This document shows, piece by piece, positions 51,208-64,000 of a stretch of 64,000 bases of DNA (its first letter is position 1; every line of letters starts with the position of its first letter). The position numbers and the translations under genes are program-made. The DNA is from Octopus sinensis (Eukaryota). The stretch spans positions 53,754,001-53,818,000 of the forward strand of contig NC_043008.1 of assembly GCF_006345805.1 (NCBI RefSeq). Direction: 5' to 3'. Under the pieces are notes generated by a model that saw nothing but the letters and a program-made list of their open reading frames with translations, made no database searches and was not told where the DNA came from.

Positions 51208-53026
51208 ACACAAAATATTCATATTCGATTAAACACTGACTGCATTAGAAAATTAGATCTCGGTTATCATGAAAATCTCTCATACATTTGCATGAATTTC
51301 TGAAATGTATAGAGTTCTATGCATTATTAACGAAACAGCAGCATGCAGGTAATGCACACGTTTAATTCAACTCCCCAACCAGTTGGAATCTATTCAGCTT
51401 TACACGCACTATTAGGATACTATGAATTTTTGACAAGTTTAAATACAGTTTATTCATAGGCTAATGACCCGATGGATGTTGTTATGATAACATATTCCAA
51501 ACGTGTGGCTACATTTCGGTTTAGGTAGAAGGATTGTTGGTCATATTTTATGGAAGGAATTCTTGGGATAAGGTAGCCATATCGCATCACTAAACTCCTT
51601 CACAATATACTAGCAGTAGATCACATACTTAGTCCATACAAACCAATATTTCAATGAAGTTTATAAATTACAGAAATATCTTTGGGAAACGTTAATCCAG
51701 ATGTTTTCACTAATCATTTTTTGTCAGAGAGCGAAGTCTTTTCTCTCTCGGTTGGAGAGAGAATATATTCAATTCTTTGTGGCTAGAATTACCAAAATTT
51801 ATTAAACGCTTGTCGATGCAGATCAGTGTTTGTTCCCTTGGATTTAATTTTGATTTTATTTTTATTTGCTGCTTATTCTGTGTTTCGTTATTTTAATTTT
51901 GCTGAAATAACAACTGCTTTCTTCATCTCACGTTTTTCATCTGTCACAATCGATATTTTATAAATATTTTAACAACGAATTTTTACGCGGATATTTTAAT
52001 GGCCCTATATTATACAGTGTACATAATGGACATTCTTTTGTAGCTGTTTTGATCCAATTCAACACTGAAAAAGCATCCCTCTCATCACAAGTATTCCAGT
52101 TGTGATCATTCCATGTTTTTTCAGACTCATTATTTTCGGCATTACATTCAGTTTCAATGTGGTTTTCTTTCACTTTTAAGCTTGTTATGTGAGAAAAAAT
52201 AGACTATAATTTTCTCTAGGTCAAATAACCTTAATTGAGGCTGCTTCATTGGCTCAGGGATGTGCATATATTTCATATAAACAGTAAATGTGTAAGCGAA
52301 AGTATGTTGTCATAATCAAAGTTCCGAATAGAATTGGATAGACAGCTCATGTATGTGCTTAACACATATTTTAACGATTGACGCAGGGAATATTTTCATT
52401 TGAGAACGGACACTTAAGCTTGTTCTCCTATATTCTTCAACATGCTTAATCTTGTTCCTCATATATTCTGGAACACATCCGAGGCATTCTAGCTGAAGAG
52501 AACGTAGCAACCTGCTTATTGTATGTATTAACATTCTGATGTCACATTCTGTTGCAGAGGTCAACATTACGTTTCAATATTCCAGATTTAATAACTATGT
52601 TCATGCGTGCAATAGATCATTTCTAATCATTTTCTAAATATGCTTAGCTTTGAATCAAAGCAAAAAAAAAATTAGAAAAGTATTTAGGTTTATATAAAAC
52701 ATTAGAGATATATATTTTTATGTCGACGTTATTATTGTCGAAAATATTATCTAATATACAATAAAATATTTAATTTATAATCAAATAATTCCTATTGCTT
52801 TTTGCAATATATTCTGTGTGACTCAGATTGAAAGAATGGTCATGCAGGCGTCATGCAGTTTATAGAAAAAGATTTTTCTTCACGAAATATTCACCTCCAT
52901 TATCTCAGAACTGACAACACATACGTTTGAAATGTTTCAAACAATATGATTACCGACATATGCTGTTTCCCCACAGAGAAGTCCCCTGTTATGTTTAAAC
53001 AAATATGACCCCTGTTTTGTCCGCAG

Positions 53027-53102
53027 ATAAAAATATTTATTTAATTCTACATGGATAAAATATTTATTTAATTCTACATGGATAAAATATTTATTTAATT
53101 CT
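53027..53102. repeat. 27-bp minisatellite, ~2.8 units (GATAAAATATTTATTTAATTCTACATG)
   Basis: Read directly; appears as the ELNKYFIHV repeat in the ORF track. Confidence 0.9.
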
Positions 53103-53334
53103 AGTTTGAAATAAAAGTTATTTCTCAGCTTCAACAGCGAAAAAAGATTAGCTTTTACTTGGTGGCCCGACCTGTTGCAAAGCGCACAACACTTTATATT
53201 CCACTCTGCCCGCTTTGTAACACTCTGCTATCAACGGATAATGTAGAAATAAATACTCCTAAGAAAGACGAGATGAACCAAGTAAAACGATTTTAGCGTA
53301 ATTATGCTCAGTCATGATTGATTTTGGACAGTAT

Positions 53335-53363
53335 ATCATCATCATCATCATCATCATCACCAC

Positions 53364-53447
<84 letters not shown>

Positions 53448-53459
53448 CATCATCATCAT

Positions 53460-53491
<32 letters not shown>

Positions 53492-53530
53492 TCACTATCA
53501 TCATCATCATTACCATCCTCATCATCATTC
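53335..53530. repeat. Compound (CAT)n/(CAG)n microsatellite
   Basis: Read directly from the sequence. Confidence 0.95.
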
Positions 53531-53964
53531 CTAATTGTTATCATACAAAGAATCTTGTGGCAACGCTAGTGCGGCAGCTTTTGTTGTTGTTGTTGGGCGC
53601 TTAGTATTACTATTTAGATTTCAAACATTATTCAGTATTTTTTTTATCAGATACAATGTATCTCGGACTACAGTATCCGATATGTCCATAGCTTTGAAGG
53701 CGACAGGTTGTAAAGTGCAGTAGATAAATGAGTCAACTCCATTAATACAAAATTGAATTGCTAGGACTTGTGCAACTAAATGTCTCACAGTGTTTCATTT
53801 CATTTATAAAATAATTGAAACCCAATCACATATGGCTCCGGGTTCAATAAAATGCATACCAGTTATACATAGAGGTCGGTTTAATTATCAATAACACATT
53901 CCCACAATTAACTTAGCATTGTACCCATTCAAGGACAATTATAATTATGTTTTTCGACAGAATT

Positions 53965-54139
53965 AGGAGTGGTTGTGTGGTAAGTAGCTTGCTTACCAAA
54001 CATATGGTTCCGGGTTCAGTCCCACTGCGTGGCACCTTGGGCAAGTGTCTTCTACTATAGCCTTGGGCCGACCAAAGCCTTGTGAGTGGATTTGGTAGAC
54101 GGAAATTGAAAGAAGCCGGTCGTATATATGTATATGTAC

Positions 54140-54173
<34 letters not shown>

Positions 54174-54408
54174 TTGTGTATGTGTGTATTTGTGTGTGTG
54201 TGTGTGTTTCTTTCCCCAGCATCGCTTGACAACCGATGCTGGTGTGTTTACGCCCCTGTAACTTAGCGGTTTGGTAAACGAGACCGATAGAATAAGTACT
54301 AGGCTTAAAAAGAATAAGTCCTGAGGTCGATTTGCTTGACTAAAGGCGGTGCTCTAGTATGGCCACAGTCAAATGACTGAAACAAGTAAAAGAGTAAAGA
54401 GTAAAAGA
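53965..54408 (+). mobile_element. SINE family C, full length, with an internal (TA)/(TG) microsatellite and (GTAAAAGA)n tail
   Basis: Head AGGAGTGGTTGTGTGGTAAG...GGTTCCGGGTTCAGTCCC; several related copies in the window. Confidence 0.9.
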
Positions 54409-54633
54409 ACTGGTTTACAAGCAAAGCTGTGTTGTGTTTCGATTGAGACCCTTACTTTGTATTTCGGCTCTAATTAATAACACGAACATATATGATCATA
54501 ACGCTAAGCAATGTAAAAGCTGATTCCCTTTTGGAATATAACAGCAAGACGAAAGATTCATTTTTGCTCGGACGTATAATCTTTTATAAATTATTTTCGA
54601 ATTTTCAGATTTTCATATGTATATGTAACAGAC

Positions 54634-54683
<50 letters not shown>

Positions 54684-55919
54684 TCGAAAGGTTTTTGGTG
54701 AAAGGACGTTTCGAAACTGATCACAACTTCCACGGTAAGTATTGCATCATAAATGCTCTTGAACTCCCATTTTAAATGTTCCATTACTGTACATCTGCCG
54801 TTCCATTGATAAATTGTGTTATCTACGCATTCTATAATCGTCGACAAAAACAAGGCATTGATAAAGGATTAATATTTTGTCACAATTATAAATATTAGAA
54901 TAGAAGCGGAATAAAAAGCAGTTGTATTTCATGTATATCAACTTCGATGCACTTTTCGGCTTTTAACTCGGAAATTATATAAATAACACTCATTGATTGT
55001 TATTGTGAATCATATTTGTGTCACAAGATAATGGTTTGAAATGAGAGAATTTCTTTCTATTTCCAGACCCAATTCAGCATTTTAAAAAGCAATGCTTTTT
55101 AAAGTAGGAGGTCGCCATTATTTGAAAAAAAATAATTTGATAATATGCTTTTTGTACAGAACATTACATTTGCTCTCCTGCATCCTAACCCTAAAAAATA
55201 TTTTCTATCTCTTCTAATTGATGAAATGTATTTGGCTCAGAATCAATTTCATTGAATAATATGCCGTTATTTATTTTCATTTCCATTTCGTTCCAAGATT
55301 CAATAATATTTTAGATGGTATGAAATTTAATATCATATTTAAAATGCCTTTGAAGAAATTGTATCGTTTTTAATCTTGTTTTAAATCGTTTCTTTCCTTG
55401 TTTTATAAATATATCATAGAAATATCACGTCATTATTAAATTTCCTGTAAAGAAAAAATGGCTTACCTTTTCGTTGAAACGTAATAGTTTATCCATTTGA
55501 CTGCAAACCATTTCCCAACAACTATTCTGTCTTAACATATTTAACTTTCCAATGATGAACAGCTACGTTCACTTTGAATATATAACGAATTTGAGGGAGA
55601 AAGTTTATATAGAATTGATCATATAAATCATATTCCTTTCTCACAAAAATACTCTAGAATTAAATTTACTGCTATGAGAATAATGTTTAGAAATTTCCCG
55701 TAAGAGAGAGTGTGTTATGTATTTAAAAATAAATGTTATGGCTTCTTGCTGAAACACGGAATGAAAATGTGTGCCAAAGGCTTTACAAACATAGTTGAAT
55801 TGGTTTCAAGGTAAAAGATAAGAAATAAATGGAACCAGCTTCGAGAATCAAGTTACCAGGAGTTTCTCTTTAAATATATCATCATCACCGTTCTCCGTTT
55901 CATAATTTCAAATGCAGTT

Positions 55920-55943
55920 TTTCTTCTTCTTCTTCTTCTTCTC

Positions 55944-55974
<31 letters not shown>

Positions 55975-55986
55975 TTATTATTATTA

Positions 55987-56021
<35 letters not shown>

Positions 56022-56112
56022 TTTTCCTTCTTCTTTTTCTTCTTCTTCTTCTTCTTCTTCTCTTCTTCTTCTCCATCTTCTTCTTCTTCTTCTTCTTCTT
56101 CTTCTGCTGCTA

Positions 56113-56184
<72 letters not shown>

Positions 56185-56233
56185 TTACTACGAGGATGAC
56201 GCCGCCGCCGCCGACGACGATGACGACGACTAC

Positions 56234-56265
<32 letters not shown>

Positions 56266-56272
56266 CTGTTGG
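55920..56272. repeat. Compound trinucleotide array (TTC)(TTA)(CTG)(CTA)(GAC)(GCT)
   Basis: Read directly from the sequence. Confidence 0.95.
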
Positions 56273-57111
56273 CTCTGCTCCGTCATCTTGCTGTTATATC
56301 TAAGCATTCAATGAGCAAGTAAACCTACGATCAAAAATGCTCCAGCCGTAACAATCTCCACTTTTTTTTTCAACCATAATGTTTTTGAGATTGTATTATT
56401 CAATATTCCACTAAATTTAGGTTCAATGTTATTTTACGTCGTATTAACAAATTTTAGACTGTTGAATATAGCAAAGTAGGAAGCTGCTTCAATTCTCAAT
56501 TGTAGATAACCGTATTACCATTATATACGTCAGTAATATTGAAACTCATGAACATTACAGTTGTGTAAATAGAAAAAGGACAATGTATGTTCCGGAACGA
56601 AACTAAAATGTATTTCTTGGTGTATATAGATTTTATTATTTTTTTTAACCACCTTTGATCAATAAAGATTTTGGTCAAGAAAGGCTTTGGTCAAAATAAT
56701 TGAGCTGTGGTTGTCACATATGATTTTGTTGGAAACTCATTAATGTATAGATTTTCCAGTCACGCCATCTCTTAAAGAAAAGCAATCGTATAGGCTGTGA
56801 TTTAATGGTATTTCAAGCAGAATGGGTGACCACTTAGAAACTCATTGTTTCGAGCAGTATGTGTGTGTGCACATATGTATGTATGCATGTATATATATAT
56901 ATATATATATAAGTATATATGTATGTATGCATATATATGTATATATGTATATATATATATGTATATATGTATATATATGTATATATATGTATATATATAT
57001 GTACATATGTATGTATATATATGTATATATGTATGTATATATATATGTATGTATACATATATGTATATATGTATATGTGTTTACACAAACACACACACAC
57101 ATCCACTTTGT

Positions 57112-57184
<73 letters not shown>

Positions 57185-57689
57185 TAAAATTACTACTAAG
57201 CGTTGAGCGGTAAAGTATTCACGGAATTGTTTGCCAGTTTGTAGAATGGGAATTCATGATACTTCTGCATGTTTGTATATTTAACCTAACTTATTCCGTT
57301 GGAACTATCCAAACAATAGTAATCAATTTAACATCTGAAGAAATTTATGAGTATAAATACAGTGTCTGAAAGTATATTGATAATGTTTTCTGTAATAAAG
57401 AACAGAGACAATTTTTCCTCACGGAATCCACGTAGCTTTTCCTCAAGAAACGAGGAACAAATATTGTGCTTATTCGTTTTCCTTAATAAATAGATGTCCA
57501 AATATCACAAAAATTCACACTGCACTGCGTAAAGTAAGTATGAAAATCTATATGTAAAAAGATTAAGATAAAATATACTACTTCAGAGATGTTTCGGGAA
57601 CAAACAAATATATTCTAAAGTTTTAGTATTATTAAGATACAGCAGAGCACAATCTGAGGACACTATTTGCGATATGTGTTGTTAAATAA

Positions 57690-58122
57690 TGCTTTCAAAT
57701 TTTGCTTCAAATTTTGGTACAATGCCAGGAATTTTAGGAGAAACGGTAAGTGGGCTGCATTAATCCCAGAGCTCAACTTGTACTTAGTTATCGGCCCACA
57801 AAGGATGCGATTCAAAGTAGACCGCAGCGGGATTTGATCTATGAGCGTAGAGAGTCGGAACAAATTTCGCTAAGCATTTTGTCCGCCATGCTAACGACTC
57901 TGTTAGTTCGCTGTCTGCCTTAATTTAGATTTTAAATTTTGGCACAAGGCCGGTAATTTCGGACGTAAGCGTAATTCAGTTATATCGATCCCAGTGTTGA
58001 ACTGGTATTTATTTTCTCGACCCCGATATGATGAGAGTCAAAAATCAGCCCCGGCTGAATTTGAACTCACAACGCAAAGACTGACGAAATACCACTGAAC
58101 GATTTTGCCAGCTGGCCGCCTT
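57690..58122 (-). mobile_element. Two decayed family A SINEs, head-to-tail (57690-57921 and 57925-58122)
   Basis: Reverse complements carry AAGGC...GC.AAATCGTTAG/CAG, GAGTTCAAATTC and GGCCTTGTGCCAAAATTT.AA. Confidence 0.75.
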
Positions 58123-59447
58123 GCTCTGTACGTTAATGTTGGCAAATAATGAATTGATCATAAAGTGGAATAAAATATTTTGTTAGAAGTGAAATAAATC
58201 AGATGTTTCATGCAGAACTCCTTTATTAGACATTCTTCCATGACGTGGAAATGAGTCCTTTGTCTTTAAAGTTGGTTTTCCAGTTTCGACTTCCAATATT
58301 AATATGGTCTTCGTTTTATTATGTCACTCATTAGTTTCCAAAGCAGAAATCAATTTTCAGTAATTTAGTGTACCAGTTCACTATGAAATATGAAACTTCA
58401 TATTCTAATAGTGTTTAGTGCATGGCTAGCTGTGTGGTTATAAAGTTGGATTTTCAAGTTGTACTTTCATATATTATCGGATCAAAGACAATCGGCGTAT
58501 GTTTGAAATTTGGGAGATCGTATCTGTGAGGTAGGCCGGATGACAAGGGACCTCTGCCGTTTTGGGGAAACAAAACTTAAACTAAAGACTGTTAAAAAAA
58601 CACCACCACTACCGCCATATGACCATTGGGTGGTTTTCTTTCCCTCCTTCCACTGGTCCTGAAAGTCTTAATACTAGTCTTGAAAGACTGAAATGGCGTT
58701 TATTCTGTGAATTACTCATAAAACAAAGAAGAAAAAAACAAAAAACCAATTAGAAATATTTGCTTTACATTTTTGTTATTTGATCAATTGTGTCAGACAA
58801 TGATTTAGAATTCTATTGAAGCCACTAATTGTAAATCATTCTATTCTTTAGATAAATATTTGATATTGTCAATGTAAAAATATCCATTTAATACTAATAT
58901 TGCTCAGTTTAGTGAACAAGAACGCATTAAAGCAAATATTCGCTTGCTGCAAAAAGAGCAATAAATAACTGCAAATATACGCTGCCTATTTCGAAGATAG
59001 CACTAACACCATATTTCGTATTTCTGCTAGGTAACCAGGTTAGAAATCAATAAATTCCTAGGTTACCATACAGAGATATTCAAGATGAAATATATTCTTT
59101 AATAAAATCATTATTGGCAACAACGCTGAAGCCTATGTTAATTTCGCAGTCCAAGTCAAGTTTCGTCGTCTCTGTTCAACGAAGGAATCATTACAAAATC
59201 CTGTAGCCATAAAATGCCTGTCTTTATAATCCGCTCGGTTGTTGGGAGAGTACGGTTCTGGAGTGTTGTACGAAAAATCTATTTAATAAAGATGAGAATC
59301 AACCTAGCATATATTACTACCGTCTCATATGGAACTCTATACTTATATCATTTTTTTAGCTACCGGCGTTGTACAAAAAACTGCAAATATTGTTGTCTGG
59401 TTAAGAAAGGTCGATATGCAAAAGCGTGGTTCTGTGATCGATTCTAA

Positions 59448-59867
59448 TGCACGGGCATGTATTTGGGTGAAGAAGGTTTCTTTGCACATACATAGTTTCG
59501 GGTTTAGTGCCGTAGCTTGGGCAAGTGCTTTTTACTCCGGGTCGACCAATGCCTTGTGAGTGAAATCGGTAGACAGAAACTACTTGTATATAAAAGGCAG
59601 CGAGCAGACAGAATCGTTAGCACGCCGGGCGAAATGCTAATCGGTATTTCGTCTACCGTTAGGTTCTCAGTTCGAATTCCGCCAAGGTCGACTTTGCTTT
59701 TCATCCTTTCGGGGTCGATAAATTAAGTACCAGTTACGTACTGGGGTCGATGTAATTGACTTAATCCCTTTGTCTGTCCTTGTTTGTTCCCTCTATGTTT
59801 AGCCCCTTGTGGGCAATAAAGAAATAAAAAGGAAATAAGAAACTGTGTGTATATAATTTAAACAGCT

Positions 59868-59915
<48 letters not shown>

Positions 59916-60090
59916 CGTGCGTGTGTGTGTGCATGTGTGTGTGTATGTTCGTGCGTGTGTGTGTGTGTCTCACATACTGCTTGCCAACAGGTGTAAGTTT
60001 GTTTATGATCCCGTAACTTAGAGATTCAGCAAATAGCTGAGAGAATAAATAACAGATTGGAAAAGAAAGATAAAATACAGTGAGGCGTCC
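59448..60090 (+). mobile_element. Decayed family C SINE interrupted by a family A SINE (59596-59827)
   Basis: Family C head ends GGTAGACAGAAACT; the family A copy follows; then (TG)n and the family C tail (CCCGTAACTTAG...GAATAAATAACAG). Confidence 0.75.
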
Positions 60091-60411
60091 AACATCCTAA
60101 CCATTAAGTCACACACCTCAACTACTGAGGGCTGTGTGCAAGAAATATAAATGTGGAAGTCTGAATGGTAACGCTTCTGGTTATTTCTGCTCTAAGCAAC
60201 AGAGGAAATTGAACAATGTATGAGTGTCACGGATTATAAATCACAGAATAAACTGCTCGGCTAGAGATGGCGCTCAGAGATTTAGAAATTGGGATTTTCT
60301 ATTGGTTCAATTATTTACTTAAATAAATGTAACTTGAATGTTTTTTTTACGTTTAGATAAAAGCCAAATTGTTGCAAGAACCATAACGTTTATTAATTTA
60401 GTTTTATTATA

Positions 60412-60709
60412 TTATTAATATATAAAAGTGAAGTTGTGTCTGTCTCCTACGATTTAGATTCCTAACTACTCCCACATTTTGCGGTGCAGTTTAACCAAAA
60501 GCGGGTATCTTATAGTCGTGATACATATCGAGCCCTTCTGGGTATTAGCGCGCGTATACGATGAGTTTACGATTTAAAAAAAAATTACCATCATTTTTTT
60601 CCCATTTTTAATGCATTTTTTTGCTATTATATAAGGGAAGTAACTCTCTAAAAATGCTTATATAGTTATTTCCCTTACAAACCCGAGCAACACCGGGCGA
60701 TACTACTAG
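60412..60709 (+). mobile_element. Non-autonomous Helitron-type element, copy of 17938-18224
   Basis: Near-identical sequence, ending CCCGAGCAACACCGGGCGATACTACTAG|T. Confidence 0.85.
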
Positions 60710-61552
60710 TTATTAATACTTTAACAAATAGTGAATTTGTGTTGCTTACTATATTGACTACATGATCATAATATTCAAATTCTTGCTCGTGATGCATTTT
60801 GGATATTTGAGAAGAGTATTTCTTGTAACGTTATTCCAGTCTACATAAGTTGTCGTACTAATAGTAAAACAGGAGAGAGAGAGTGGGGGGAATACCTTGC
60901 GGTATTTGGATTTTTCTCTTTACATTCTAACTTCAAAACACTTTTTTCACTTTACACTCAGACTTCAAAACTCTTCCATTCCTCAAGGTCCAATAAAATC
61001 TACTACCCCACTCCGCTTTCCACACATTTCTGGCTTTGAGTTAAATTTGGAACAGCTATTTTCATCATAAAAGTATCATCATCCGGTCCCCAGGCCTTCC
61101 AGCTGCCATATTCTCTTTGTTTTCTTGGTTCAAACGATGCATAATGAAGTGGAAAGTTATGAATGCTAGCAACTACAATGACACCCAAAAAATAGTGATA
61201 ACATGGCTAAATCATACGAGTTTGCGAGTGATATCTATGCTACACTTTAACAAATAATTAGGGATGAAACATCAAACAAGACATTTCCTCTATAATATTA
61301 TATGAAGTTAATAACTTATTGAAACCGTTTACCCATTACGGTATTTTGAAGCATGAAAGCCTATCTCTTATTGTAAACATATAAAGAAAACATTCAAAGA
61401 TCGTTAATATTTTTCCAAAACCTGCCGTTTCATGTGGAAATTTTGGTCCTTCGATATTCTCCCGGCATATAAGTCAGGTTACTTCCTTTGGCTGCAATGT
61501 ATTTTGATATCTCAATATGAACGTTTGTGTGGTTAAAATGTATGAAGAGTTC

Positions 61553-61553
61553 A

Positions 61554-61629
<76 letters not shown>

Positions 61630-61636
61630 TAATAAT

Positions 61637-61699
<63 letters not shown>

Positions 61700-61855
61700 A
61701 ATAATAATAATAATATTAATAATATTTATAATAATAAGAAGAACAAGAACAAGAAGAAGAGGAAGAAGAAAAAGAATCTTGGTGATGATGATGACGTTGA
61801 TGAAATATGATGATGATGATGATGATGATGAGGATCATCATCATCATCATCATAA
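61553..61855. repeat. Compound trinucleotide array (AAT)(AAC)(AAG)(GAT)(CAT)
   Basis: Read directly from the sequence. Confidence 0.95.
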
Positions 61856-62315
61856 TTAATGCAACATCTACATTGCCCTTCATGTGCTGTACAGCAGTTA
61901 TGTAGATATACATATAACGGAACCACGCAATGCAAGGCATAGTTGCCAAGCATTGCATGTCGAGCGTTTTTCAACTGGTTTAAACATAATCACACACATA
62001 GATACATATGCCAAATCGTACGCAGATCCCATCTCTCAAATTATACGTACAGGTTATTGGCCTACATCTCGAACCAGAGAACGTGAACCTAACACCAGGA
62101 CATTGCGAGGCGAAATCTTTGAGCGTACTGACAAGTTTGTGCCATTATGATTTATAATATACTGAAATAATCGAATCATATATGGACGTCAACGAAAAAA
62201 ACATTAAAAAGTGATTCGTTAAATTAATCAGAGAAAGAAATATGATCACATTTATCGCATAAACATCTGGTAACTGAATAGATATGTCTCAAATAATAAA
62301 TCACATGAACTTATA

Positions 62316-62377
<62 letters not shown>

Positions 62378-62567
62378 AGAGAGAGAGAGAGAGAGAGAGA
62401 GAGATAATTATATATACATAGATATATATACACACACATAAACTATATATCTATATGTGTCTGTGAATATGTGTGTATCTTTTATACACGTGACTGGATG
62501 AATATAGGTGCATATATACTTTCAAACGTACATGCATATGTATATGTACATGTATATGTATATATAT

Positions 62568-62611
<44 letters not shown>

Positions 62612-62738
62612 TATATATCTGTGTGTGTAGTTATGTGGATGGTGTATGCGTACGTATATACGTATATCTTATATAAATGCATATATATTAGTATTTTCTT
62701 ATATGTATATGTATACGTACATATATATGCATATATAT

Positions 62739-62828
<90 letters not shown>

Positions 62829-63948
62829 ACATATATATGTATATATATATATATATTATATATATATATATATACATACATGCATACATAAATATATATA
62901 GAGCTGCATGTAAATCAATGATAAATCTACTAAGTAGAGTTTCTTTGTTATAAAGGTCAGTGCAAAATATGCTTCAGGAAATACCTCACAACATCCTATT
63001 ATATGGTCGCACCTGTGCGCTGATCTGTAAATGAATTACACCGCTATAAATCTATTGTTACCTTAGTTTCTAAATCAGGTGTCAGCTGAAATGGATCAAC
63101 ATACTGAAAATGAGATTAGGAAGAAGTAGTAGTTAATAGGCTTTTTAAATGTTTAATTAACTAAGCTCTCTGGTTAGTAACTTGGTATGAAATATTTTAA
63201 TACGATAAAATCAGCGGCACATTAAGTTGTTTCAAATTGACCCACGCTAATCATTGCCAATGATAACGTGGATTTAACTAAGCAAATCGTTAACACCCGA
63301 AGGAAAGAGAGGAGGAGTAGACTGAGTATGATGCATTATGAACCCACTCTATGATCTTTAACTGTACATCATACTCAAGTACGAAGCATTGAGAAGCCGC
63401 AACAGCTGCGAAGTACTTATTTATCACCCTCGCAAATTCGAATCTCCATGACATTTTGTCATTTTATTTCTCTTGCTGGGAAAGAATTTTGCTTTTAGCA
63501 GGAACGGCGAGGCAAAATGAATGAATTACATGAGTCAACATTTAGAAGATTTATATTTCAATATACAATTGCTTGACGAACCGATATTTCGATATCATAT
63601 ATCATTAGAAGCTTGATATTACGTTAGTCGATATTTGGCCTCCTGATATTTCGATAGACCTTGGTTTGAACCATAGCAGTTCGATGTATTTTGCAACTGA
63701 AGTTTGACCGTCTGAAGTTTGAAGATACAGTTTCCGATACAGTTACCGAATATTTGTAGTTCATTAGCTCAGGGCCATCCACGATCGAATAAAGTTTTCA
63801 TAGAAGTTCCCTCTATGACAATTCACGGATTTAAATACCTGAGGAGTAACTGCAATAGAACGAGATCCAAAGGGAAAAAAGTGGAACGAATCGAGAGTCG
63901 AAGAAACTCAGAGACGAGCGATATATAGGGAAAAAATATATATATATA

Positions 63949-64000
63949 TGGTGCCCCAGCATGGCCGCGGCCTTCGGGCTAAAACATTTTTAAGGATTTA
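63949..64000 (+). mobile_element. Isolated CR1-type LINE/SINE 3' tail
   Basis: GGTGCCCCAGCATGGCCGCGGCC...GGCT.AAAC; the same tail is on the minus strand at ~29840-29880, ~39465-39495 and ~44855-44892. Confidence 0.6.

Noticed and set aside
53259-53604. Poly-Q/A/D/S coding exon
   Set aside because: Pure (CAT)n/(CAG)n array open in several frames, with no flanking coding signal
61003-61188. 61-aa minus-strand ORF of normal composition
   Set aside because: No recognisable homology, non-ATG start, and no convincing splice-site pair

Overview
AT-rich, microsatellite-saturated eukaryotic intergenic or intronic DNA, not prokaryotic. The tRNA-derived SINE families look, from memory, like those of octopus (coleoid cephalopod); this was not verified by a search. 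I can support no intact host protein-coding gene: nearly all ORFs in the track are translations of (TA)n, (TG)n, (TAA)n or (GATA)n. The recognisable content is decayed mobile DNA: about 25 SINE copies or fragments from 5-6 families; R4/Dong-like, RTE, CR1-like and putative L1/Tx1 ORF1 LINE fragments; Penelope-like (GIY-YIG) fragments; two mariner transposase relics; and three non-autonomous Helitron-type elements. The most interesting signal is a dispersed set of at least 8 minimal hammerhead-ribozyme-like motifs (stem I / YYGANRA-like core / stem II / GAAA / short, mostly palindromic stem III / UH / stem I'). They have unrelated stem sequences and variant cores. Two lie 3' of Penelope GIY-YIG relics and two lie inside fold-back elements inserted in (TA)n. 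Also seen: a diverged ~80-bp A/B-alternating minisatellite, recurrent SINE insertion at one target site, nested SINEs, and an ~855-bp tandem duplication that differs almost only by small indels (possible assembly artefact).
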